A DNA stretch of 64,000 bases. Origin: Podarcis tiliguerta (lineage: Eukaryota). Position 1 is the first letter of the stretch; each line of letters starts with the position of its first letter. The stretch lies in the NCBI GenBank assembly GCA_965153285.1, contig OZ229114.1; one strand, written 5' to 3'. The notes under the pieces are model-generated. The model had not been told where the DNA came from. It worked only from the letters and a program-made list of their open reading frames with translations, and made no database searches. Both the position numbers and the translations under genes were made by a program. Shown here one piece after another: positions 24,611 through 35,227 of this stretch.

Positions 24611-26689
24611 CAGTAACACAGAGATGGGAAAATGCACTGGAAAGTGTGGTATAACATTTGCTTGAAGTGACACAATGTCAGCTAGTCTCTCCTCAAACCA
24701 ATCAGAATGATGGTTCACTAAATAGCTACTTCTACCCCCAGCTGCCCTGTGGGAAGTATCCAGTGACTATGTCATGACTACGTCATGACCAACCATGTCA
24801 CTATATGTTGCTTCTGAGCTACCTTGGAAGAATTTGTATCCTGAAGGGATATAAACAATTGCCGTGAACAAAGAAAGGTGGGCAGGTATCATCCAAATCC
24901 CTTCTGATTTCCCAACAGCCTTCTAAAGCTATTTCTCCTTGGTTATCTCAAGGAGGTCTTTCCAGAGCTAAGCAAATTATCTTCATTAATTTTCGGGTTT
25001 TTCATTCAACAACCTTGCTTCATATTTTCTACTTTGTGTTCTGAAATGTCATCGTCCTTTTGTTTGTGGTATGGCGGCCTATTGTTGTTTCCGGGCATGC
25101 AGAGTAATGTTCAGAAGTAAGCCTACTTTGTTATTTTATTAGTACTACACAGACATGTGTGTGTGTGTGTGTGCATTCATGCCCAGAACCTTGATCCTAT
25201 TGAGAAGTGTCTGTGTTTGTTACTGTATGAGGGATAGGCTCCCGTAGAGATGAAATCCAGTATTTCGACAATTTTCTCTTGCTTAACTGCAGGAACCAAT
25301 CAATATTTTAAAGAGGCCCTGTGACTCAATGAATTAGTCTGCTGGCTTTTCACCTCTGGATCTAAGGCCTGCCATTAGTTACAAGGCGAGATGGGAGGTG
25401 AGTCACAGGGTTTGTTTCTGAATTCAGACGGGAACGTCTCCAATGTTTGGTGGTCGGGTTTTGTTGGGCTGCTTTTTGTTTTGTTTTTTGTTCTTGGCTG
25501 CAGGATTTCAGTTCCCAGCTGATACGTTTCCTAGTCAAAAGTGAAAACTATTTTGGGAGCCTCATCCTACTCTCTGGTGGAAATTAGTCTGCATTACAAA
25601 ATCAACACATAATTTGGCACAATTCGGCAGGATTGGCAGCGCCTTCTAAAGAGAAGCCCAGAACTCAAATAGCTGGGGCATTGCAGGTTCAGGATGCTGA
25701 GCTGCTACTTTGGGAAGAGACGTGGAGAAGCTCATACACATTGCCTCATTCGGGCCAAGGTTATGAGCCTTTATGCCGTAATTTCAAAGCAAACCAAATA
25801 TAAAATAGGGAGAGCTTTCCAGTATCATAAACATGCATATAAATATAATATAAGATGCTTCGTTATATTCTGGTAAATATAAGGGGCTTTCTGGAATTTA
25901 ATACAGCTCTGCACATATTTCTTTTTCCCTGATGGTCTTGCTCCTGGGGCAGGGAATGATGATTTTGCGGAAATCAGCTTATTGTGATAGAATATATGCC
26001 TTTCAATTGCTTGGCAGCCCTTTCAAGGACAGCCTAGAAGAACTCAGGACTTAAGTTACATATGCACATATGGAAATGAGATATCCTATTTAACACCCTG
26101 CATAGCAGGTGGCCATGATCAGCATCACAGAAATGCATTTGTTTTACAAATCCTGAAAAGAATCCCCAGCCATTGCATAAACTCACTTTGGTCTCAGGTT
26201 GCCGGTGTGGCTCTCAAAGCCCTCCAACTACACAAATCCCTGCTGGATTGTTTGTCCAAACACAGAATGTCAGGTAGGGCTTCTAACCATTATTATGCAG
26301 CAGATAATCATAGTCACTGTACATATAGACATCCATCTGCCCTTCCCACAATGCATTATTATTTTCTAATATGGTTCCAAGGGGGCCAATGACATGCATA
26401 AGATAAATATGTAGCCTAGAGTCTTTTATCCATTTGTATACTCTGCACACATCTTCCTCATGGGCACAGCAATGCACTGCAATACTCCGTGTGTGGACAT
26501 TATCTTTCAATATAGCGGCCAGCAGTCTCCATGTGTAATTTCAGTTGCAAATTATCTGCTGGTTACAAAGAACAACAAAAAAACCACACAATGTGGTCAT
26601 GCTGTTCCTAACTTTTCACGTGACAACATGCAGACAACTTTAGTAAATCAAAATCATTGATAAAGGCTAGAGTACCAGGCGATAACTGG

Positions 26690-26832
26690 GTGTAGATCAA
26701 GTTTAAACTCATTGAGTAACTGTTTCTCAGCTTAAACTACCTTACAGGGTAGCTGTGAGCATCAGATGGGTTGGGAGAACTATGTAAGGCACCTTGAACT
26801 CCTGGGAGGAAGGGCGAGTTATAAATGTAATC
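26690..26832 (+). mobile_element. MIR/CORE-type SINE
   Basis: ctcagcttaaactaccttacagggtagctgtgag..caccttgaactcctgggaggaaggg..tataaatgtaa. Confidence 0.7.
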
Positions 26833-27951
26833 AGTTAAAATTAAAAAGTACCTGCACCAAGTGCTACTTAATTCAAAGGGAATTATTTCCTGGCAACTAT
26901 GCTCAGGATTGCATCCTTCTGCTGACAATAGAGTTGAACACGCCATCAAATGTAAGAATATAGAGCATATTATGTTGGCTCTAAACACACCACAAAACAG
27001 GTGTGTATGCGTGTGTGTGTGTCTGTGTGTGTATCTCAATTCCTGACCATTTAATCAGCTGATGAGGTGGCACGAAACCCACAATGTATAAAGCACAATG
27101 TAATTGCTGCTGCTGATAGTTAAAGAGGGTACTTGCTTTACTTGCGAGATTAAAGGCAAACGCTCCCTTTTAAAACTGAAGTCATGCTGTGTTTTGCACC
27201 TTTTGACACATATTAAGTTAGGTCATTAAAAAGGGGGGCTAATTAAAAAAAAGAATGTAAAACAAAAGAGCCATTTGTCTATTCCAGAGTGTGGTTCTTC
27301 ATGTGCTCTGACTGGAGGCAGTCTGCATTTAAACCTTGGGTACAGAAAGCAGGGGAGGCCACCAGGGCATGCTTGGAGCTTGTCATGGCTTTTGGCTAGA
27401 CTGTGGTCCAGCTCATTATGCACCTCATAAAGAAGAGAAGTCACTGTCATCAAAATTAGCAGAGGCTAGAATTTACATTCATGGAAATGTTGGTTTCCCA
27501 CCATCCTCTGGGGCTGGACAATAAAGGAAACCTTTTACCATCTGCAGTTAAAGGAAGGGAAGTTTAGGAAATGCTTAGCGTGCCATTAGGGCATTTTAAG
27601 AATTTAGCACTGCTATGTAAGTGATTTTTTTTTTTTAAGCCAATCAGAATATTACACACAAACTGCTCAGGATGCCTGCAGAATCCTTGTGCATAAAGCA
27701 CTAGAAACAATAAGCAGACATTTACCCAAAGCTATTATTTCTATTTCTCTCAAGGAGTGTTTATTTGTTTAAGAAAATTATAGTTTTGTGTGTGCAAAAA
27801 TAAAAATCCATCATAGGCAGGACTGCCTTGGAATAATTTCTGATTTCTCATTTATAGCAAAACTCTCTCTTGGTTTCAAGATTGATTTTTTGTTAAGAGC
27901 ATTGATATAGGTTTTATTAGAAATTCTAAACTGCAAAATATCAATAAAAGG

Positions 27952-28160
27952 TTCATAGAATATTATGGTAGGTTTATTGAAGGCCACCTAGTCCACCCCA
28001 CATAGCACAGATGACACAAAGCCCCCCCAAGCAATCTTGCAAATTGTTTAGTCAGCCAATGAACACTTTCAGTGAAGAGCATTTCACAGCTTTGCTAGGC
28101 AACCCAGGCTATCTGAAATTTAGACAATTTGTCCTTTTAATATTCAATCTGAATCCACTT
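27952..28160 (-). mobile_element. CR1 LINE 3' end fragment (old)
   Basis: tcatagaat tail, aggccacctagtcca, cttcagtgaagagcatttcacagc..ctaggcaac. Confidence 0.5.
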
Positions 28161-28311
28161 TTGCCTTTGGACCATTCCTTCTGTCATGTCTCAGTGGTAA
28201 AAAAGAAGCAGTTGAACCATGTGTACGGAATGCAGAGATGAAATGTTAATAATCACATGCTTATTTATTTATCCTAATATTTTGTGTCAGTTTAAGGAAC
28301 TAGTGACACAC

Positions 28312-28432
28312 CAATGGATGGGAAACCTGTAGTCCTCCAGATGTTGATGGACTACAACTCCTATTATCCATTACCTTTGTCCAGGCTGACTTGTGCTGAT
28401 GACGGTTAGATTCCACAAGTTCCCCATTCCTA
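28312..28432. mobile_element. Degenerate hAT-type MITE
   Basis: gggaaacctgtagtcctccagatgttgatggactacaactcc ... cacaagttccccattcct; related to 10149-10284. Confidence 0.7.
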
Positions 28433-28456
28433 CTGAGGGGGAAATGTCATTTCTTA

Positions 28457-28622
28457 TAGACAAATCCATAGAGGATGATACTAGTCATGATGGTCCTATA
28501 CTATTTCAAGAATGAGACAGAATACCTTTGCTGAGGAACAACAGTGAGAGACTTTCCATAGGCATCTGATTTCCCATTGTGGGAAATAGGCCACTGTTCC
28601 AGTCCAGCAGGGCTTTCTCATG
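28457..28622 (+). mobile_element. CR1-type LINE 3' end fragment
   Basis: gacaaatccatagaggat..ttccataggcatctg..cattgtggga..tccagcagggct, the sense-strand counterpart of 9264-9400. Confidence 0.55.
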
Positions 28623-29509
28623 CCATTTTCAGTAACTCATTATTCCCAAGGCTTCTGTACTGGCTCTTCACTGCAGAAGCATGTGAAATATCTACAAGTA
28701 CTTAGTGAGGAATGTGCCACAACAGATGAGCTGAAGGTCTGAGGCACACCAGTACCAAAACATGGAATAGGGTTGTGGCTCACTGCTTCAGGGAAAACTT
28801 CTGTGCCATGTCTTCCCAGTTGTGGGGAAGCAAAATCATGGCCTAGGTGCCTACCTTCTTTGGACGACAAAGAACCATTAAGAATTCCTCCGCCTTTTCC
28901 ACCTCTGTTTTCAAGAGGACCTGTGTGGATTTATTGTGGTTCAATGTGAAATTGCTCTGAAGCTAGTATGCTTTTCATGTGAAATGGGATCACAAAGCAA
29001 TTTTTTGCTGGTTCTCCATGGGACCTCAAACACAAAACCTAAAAGGGAGCACTTAAAATACAGAAAAAGGAAATATTCGCATGAGTGCTTCTGCATTAAA
29101 ACTGACTTCTGGAGCAAGGTTTCTTAGTTTGTGCTTCCTAGGCTATTAGCAGCCTGTAATAGGGCTGTGCCACAACTTGTCCTCCCATTTCTCAAAAGTT
29201 TTCTTCCCATGTGAAAAAGGCATCTGTTTTGCTGCCACATTTCCAGGGCACATTAGAATTTCTTTAGAATTTCTGTGGGTGCCAAGCTAAGTTTACCTTA
29301 TTGTTGCAAGGTGGCCAAGGGAGGTGTGTGTTTGTTTTTCATCCCGTTGAACATTTCTCCAGCACTCTGAAGCCTTCCTGGATGCCCACAGCTCTCCATC
29401 CAGGAAAATGGGCTTTAATTGAAATGCAGAAAGTGAGGGATAAGCCAGAAGGCGTTTTTTTTTTAATGGAGTCACAGCTCAGTCCTTGTTGCATTTCAGT
29501 ATGCTAGAT

Positions 29510-29697
29510 GGGAAGGTCCATAACTCAAAGGTAGAGCACACACTTTTTCATGGAAAAACTCCAAAGTTTAATCCCTGGGCTCTCCAGCTACAACTAGGCT
29601 GCTGCCTGAAACATTGGAGTGCCAATGCAGGCGGTGTGGACAATATGTGTTAGATGAGCCAATAGTTTGCCTTGAATAAGACAGTTTCCCATGTTTC
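29510..29697 (+). mobile_element. tRNA-derived squamate SINE (Squam3-like)
   Basis: A-box-like taactcaaaggtagagca, B-box-like agtttaatccc, 3' gacaat..tagatgagccaatag..ataagacagtttcccatgtt. Confidence 0.7.
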
Positions 29698-30911
29698 AAG
29701 AAGCCTAAAGCACTAAGTGAGAAGAAGCCAAATGACCTTCACTGGATTGTGCTGATCGCTTCCACAGTATTCCTTTATGTAATATTGTAGGCCACAGAAA
29801 TTGTGGAACTCTCACTGCTCAGGTCAAATGGGCCAGTGGCTTTGGACAAACTGAGCGCTAAGAAACTTGTGGCTATCCCCTCCTGCCCCCGCATTTGTAG
29901 GTATTGTCAATTCCTGTGACCAATGTCATGTGTAAATTGGTTTCACACAGATCTCAATAGCAGCAGACTATAGGATTTCCAGTGTGGATTTGAGAAAGTC
30001 AAAGACTGAAGAACTTGATGCAGCTGAGAGATCTATGATCTCCTAGCTCACTTTGATGGCTTTGCTTTTGCAGGTAAATGACTGTTTTGAGAAATCCAAA
30101 ACCCAAGCTCTACAGTATTTTTGGGGTGTGATTTTGTTCTCCCATCAATTTATAGTGCAGTCCTATGCATGTTCTCTAAGAAGAAGGAAGTCCTACTGAG
30201 TTCCATGGGGCTTACTCCCCAGCCTAATCTGATAATTTTTGGCAGCCACAATAAATATTTTGTTTATTTCTTTCGTTTCTGGCAGTCACTTGTTTCTGAA
30301 TCAAATGTACAAGAAGGTGTGATTATTTTTTTTAAAGCCCCCGCAAAACACCAGGTTATCTGGAGCACAATTTTGGATAGACATGGCTCCAATTGACTGT
30401 CGATGCAGCCCTAGCCTTATTTACAGAGGGGAGTCGTTTTAATTCTTGGGCATTAGAACTCCAGTCTAGCTAGCCAAGCCACCCAGCCAAGTATTGGCAT
30501 GAGTTCTGCCATGCAACCAATGACTTACACTTCCTTTCTAGCCAAAGAAAAGTCCTGGGGAGCAGCCAGCAGAGAAGGGAAGATTCATAGGTGGTGGTGG
30601 GAAAAATATTATGCCAAATGCAGCAGACATCAAACCATTCAGTGCGACTACACAGGTTTTTAAACAAGCCCGTCTCTGATAAAGAAAAAGGGTTAATAAC
30701 AGCACTCATGGAAAGCATTTGAGCTCAGAAGGCTTGGTATATTTGCAAGTGGGAATAAGGCCCGTTTTTCACTGGAATCCTGCTGGAAACAGAATATCCT
30801 GCAGGAAGCCGTCATTTCAAACATTACATTTTTTTTGTTTTGTTCTGCAATATAATTAATACATCAGGTCATGTTTTTGTACTGCCAGTGGCGTGTTTAT
30901 TACATTATTAC

Positions 30912-31024
30912 CTCACCGACATATTTTAGCTGTAGTCCAGGAGTTAGGAGTCACTGGCTTCCTCACAGAACGATCCCATTTAAGCAGGCGAGGTTTATAC
31001 GTAGCCCGTGAATATTCATGTTGA
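30912..31024 (-). other. Candidate exon (108 or 113 nt) with tandem donors
   Basis: Acceptor ttattattttcag|TCAACATG at 31024; donors ATGTCG|gtgagg at 30917 and GTGAG|gtaata at 30912. Confidence 0.55.
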
Positions 31025-31298
31025 CTGAAAATAATAACAGTATTATTGTTGTTGAAATCTTCAGGGAAGCTTGCTGGCAGGGAGAGATTATTTAAAGCAG
31101 GTCTCTCCACAACCCCTCCCCGATGGAAGAGCTGAGGGGGAAAAAAAGAAAAGAAAATCCTTCCAGACAGATAGGCGTTGGGTGATTCCCCCCACCCCTT
31201 TTTCCTAAAGCTGCGTTGCCAAGGATAAAAATCTTACTTGCAAAGATCCTTATTACATGTCTGTACCCTTAAGCTGCCGAGATGACACCACCGCTTAC

Positions 31299-31399
31299 AG
31301 GTGGAAGAGCGAAAGCAAGGGGAAAGTACCAAAGCCCCGAAGTCTCAAGTCAGCGCAATCATCTTCAGTTCCCAAATTGTCCTGGATGGAGAATAGCTT
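31299..31399 (-). other. Candidate upstream (first?) exon running into an assembly gap
   Basis: Donor CCACCT|gtaagc at 31299; 274-nt intron to the 31024 acceptor; CpG-enriched neighbourhood. Confidence 0.5.
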
Positions 31400-31755
31400 N
31401 NNNNNNNNNNNNNNNNNNNNNNNNNNNNNNNNNNNNNNNNNNNNNNNNNNNNNNNNNNNNNNNNNNNNNNNNNNNNNNNNNNNNNNNNNNNNNNNNNNNN
31501 NNNNNNNNNNNNNNNNNNNNNNNNNNNNNNNNNNNNNNNNNNNNNNNNNNNNNNNNNNNNNNNNNNNNNNNNNNNNNNNNNNNNNNNNNNNNNNNNNNNN
31601 NNNNNNNNNNNNNNNNNNNNNNNNNNNNNNNNNNNNNNNNNNNNNNNNNNNNNNNNNNNNNNNNNNNNNNNNNNNNNNNNNNNNNNNNNNNNNNNNNNNN
31701 NNNNNNNNNNNNNNNNNNNNNNNNNNNNNNNNNNNNNNNNNNNNNNNNNNNNNNN
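31400..31755. other. Assembly gap (N run)
   Basis: 356 N. Confidence 0.99.
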
Positions 31756-31836
31756 TAGAGAAGCGCAGACATTAAAAAGTCCACACTCTCCCAAACATAT
31801 GTATGCATCAGTATCAGCCGTCAGCCATTCTGAGGA

Positions 31837-32032
31837 NNNNNNNNNNNNNNNNNNNNNNNNNNNNNNNNNNNNNNNNNNNNNNNNNNNNNNNNNNNNNNNN
31901 NNNNNNNNNNNNNNNNNNNNNNNNNNNNNNNNNNNNNNNNNNNNNNNNNNNNNNNNNNNNNNNNNNNNNNNNNNNNNNNNNNNNNNNNNNNNNNNNNNNN
32001 NNNNNNNNNNNNNNNNNNNNNNNNNNNNNNNN
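31837..32032. other. Assembly gap (N run)
   Basis: 196 N. Confidence 0.99.
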
Positions 32033-32720
32033 GGGAAGAGGGATTTGGAGGGCAGGTGAAGCTATGTTTGCCCATGAAAGCGAGATCCTTAGCAAAGTCC
32101 CAGCTGAGATCGAGCAGGCCTGTGCCAGGCAGATAGCTGTTAGCAGGAGGGGAACTTCATAGACGCTGGCGTTCTTTTACAATATAGGTTTTTCTCCTGC
32201 TAGACAAAAAAAGGGAGAGCGAGAGAGAAGAATTCAAAGCATGGCTGTGGCATGATGTATGTGTTTCTGCTTAAATGTTCCTTTTGTAAGAAAGAAAAGA
32301 AATTGCTGGATGGAACGCACCCACCTTGTTTCCCCCTGCCCGGATTTAGGGGAGCGGTACAAGTGGAAAGGAGCAAAGAGGCAATGAGTCCCTTGTAGAA
32401 GCACGCCAGCTAACACAGCTTTGCCAAGGTATAATGGTACATTTCAACAATGGCTTAGATCATGTGGAACTGTCTTTTAGCCAATCTTAGCATTATGCTT
32501 CTGCCAGCCGAAGGGACGAGCAGGGCATGGAGGGGGAGAGAATGGGCATTTTTCTTCTTCTTCAGTGCTGCTGGCATTTTTGATGAGGTTTTTGTTGTTT
32601 GAAACTGCAAATGCGCTCTCTCTTTTAAATTTAAAGGCCCGCTAATCCTGACCTCATGTTAATACCTGCATGACAAAACCTACAAAGCAACTAATAATCA
32701 TTATTAGAGCCTCTTCCAAA
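32033..32720 (-). promoter_or_regulatory. Probable promoter-proximal region of the minus-strand unit
   Basis: Higher GC/CpG than the window background, TE-free, directly upstream of the candidate exons at 31.0-31.4 kb. Confidence 0.35.
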
Positions 32721-34900
32721 ATTGTGTGCTATTCGAAATAATGAGACAGATTAAAACACGTACACACACACACACTCATTCTGAATATTAAAGCTTGGAA
32801 GGAATGTACAATTATGAAATTGGAGGTTTTTTGTGTGTAAATGGCAAAATACTTTTGAATTGATAGTTTTAATTTTTCTTTCTTTCCGATAAATAATTTT
32901 ATTCCTGCTGAATTATTCCCATTTGTTTTTATATATGGTTTCCAACACAACGACCAATTCTCGAATCACCATCCCCTCTCTCTTACACACATACACACAC
33001 ACAAACACACACAGCTGGTATAAAGTGATTAAGAAACTCCTTTCCATATAGAAATCACACAAGAAAGAAAGCAGTCTGTGGAAATAGAGTCTGCAACTTA
33101 AAAGCAGAAATTACTCAAGCAGTTTGGCTATACACACACATACACATTTCAAAATAGCATGTTTTGTATTGCTATACAATTAGGAGAGAGCTTTCTCTCC
33201 ATTCTCTTTCAGTGGGAGAAGAACCCACTGGTAACAATGTCAGACTCTTTTACTCAAGTGCTATACTCCACAACCCAAAATGATGCCAGACAATCAAGTA
33301 TTTACCAGAATTATTCTTCTCACTTTATGATACTGTGAGAACTCCCCACCCCCACCCTTGTGCCTCCAATTATTAAGGCTAAAGTCAACAGTCTAGACCA
33401 AACCAATGAAATCGTCACCTTTGAAAGATCTAATGACATCATACCACTTGAATTCCAAAATTCAGCTCATCCACAAATTCACCAGAGGTGGGCCAAAACT
33501 GCTTCTCACGAGTGCCTGTGCGAAGAAAAGGAGGCCCTTTATTTCAGAGACCACAGTAGAGAAATACTGGGAATTCATGGGATATTTATACATAAGCACA
33601 AAAATAATATCTATTATAATTCCTGCCATACTGCCTTTGCTTTAATTTTTGTACATAGAATCAAATTTTCATTTGCTCTTACTTTGGACATTGCTGCCCC
33701 AAGTGCACCCCTTTCCACCTTCAGTTTAAACTGAAGGCTCCTTCAAGAATTAGCTCCTTTGCAGCTAATTGCCACTGTTCTGGAGGACATTTCCCCTTGT
33801 GAGTTCCATTGAAATGAATGGGGAGATGTTCAAAGAGCACTACCATGCTATAGAAATTCTCTTTTAACTGCTCCTAAATTTCTGCTGTAATGGGTCCTCA
33901 TGACAAGATTGTTTAATGTCAGAGGTGTAGTCCCCTGGGCTCCTTTTATTTATGTTTCAGACTGGCTCCTTTGCTTAAAAGTATGCACTTGTAAAATCCA
34001 TTTTCTTTCACATACCTCTTGATTGCACTATAATTTTTATTCTTGCTTCATCAGCAGTCATTAGATTTACAACTAAGTACAAAAAAACCCCTATGTTAAG
34101 GTTATGACAGGTACAAAGGCAAGAAAATTCAATGTTAAAGGTGAAAGACCATCCTTGTTTCACTGACATTGAATCCTTTATTCCTTCGTATGGGAAAGAA
34201 AAACGGCAATCTGATGTGTCCAAGAATCAGCCAGATATACTGCATGGCACCAGATATAGTCCGTGTCACCATTGTAAAAGCTTCAGGTTCTGACCAGTCT
34301 GCCAAATTCCAGTGTACTCAGACGCTGCCCTCAACAACCCCATTTTCAAGGATGGGTGTCTCTTTGGGGGAGGCTGCCAAGGAAAGAAAGTAGTGCCAAA
34401 TTATTTGGCAGATTTGTGTTTCGCACAAATAACCAGTTCCCGAATTTTATTGGCAACCTTAATAATACTTTCTTGGGGGAGCGGGGAGGAAGAGAGAGAG
34501 AAACATACCACCATACTGCAAAGCAATAGGTTGGGAGGGAGGGGGAGATTGCTAAATTGTTGTGGGCACCTTTCCAGAGGTCCATAGTCTGAGGCAATTG
34601 ATCTAGTTTAGTGGGAAATGGAAAGATAGGACTTTGTTCTCTTGCTGCATGTTATCAGATACAGATTTTAACTGTAGCCACAACTTTGCACCTCATTACC
34701 TTTCTGGTGCACTAACCTGCTTCCATGGTACCAGGTGCAAAATGAAATGCAGGGGGGCTTAAGGCTCATGAAGTGAACGGCCAAACAGTCGTCTCCAGTG
34801 ACTTGTAATTTTGTCATTACCCCTTCCCAGTGAGTTCAAGACATGGCCTTTCCTCAGTGTTCAGAATTCTGAGAGATTATGAAGGATAGTCTTCATTTTA

Positions 34901-35227
34901 AAGGTAAAGGGACCCCTGACCATTAGGTCCAGTTGTGGCTGACTCTGGGGTTGCGCCGCTCATCTCGCTTTATTGGCCGAGGGAGCCAGTGTACAGCTTC
35001 TGGGTCATGTGGCCAGCATGACTAAGCCGCTTCTGGCGAACCAGAGCAGCGCACGGAAACGCCGTTTACCTTCCCGCTGGAGCAGTATCTATTTGCACTT
35101 TGATGTACTTTCGAACTGCTAGGTTGGCAGGAACAGGGACCGAGCAACGGGAGCTCACTCCATTGTGGGGATTTGAACCGCTGACCTTCTGATTGGCAAA
35201 CCCTAGGCTCTGTGGTTTAGACCCCTT
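34901..35227 (-). mobile_element. Sauria SINE, nearly full length
   Basis: Reverse complement closely matches 61562-61897; aaggtaaagg tail; 12-bp TSD GTCTTCATTTTA at 34889-34900 and 35228-35239. Confidence 0.96.

Noticed and set aside
29510-29580. Possible tRNA gene
   Set aside because: Degenerate A/B boxes followed by a SINE body; no intact cloverleaf
2720-31399. Naming the host gene (multi-promoter genes such as SOX5, ZBTB20, TCF4, ESRRG, HDAC9 and miRNA host lncRNAs were considered)
   Set aside because: No exon matched a sequence I could recall with confidence, so no gene symbol is assigned
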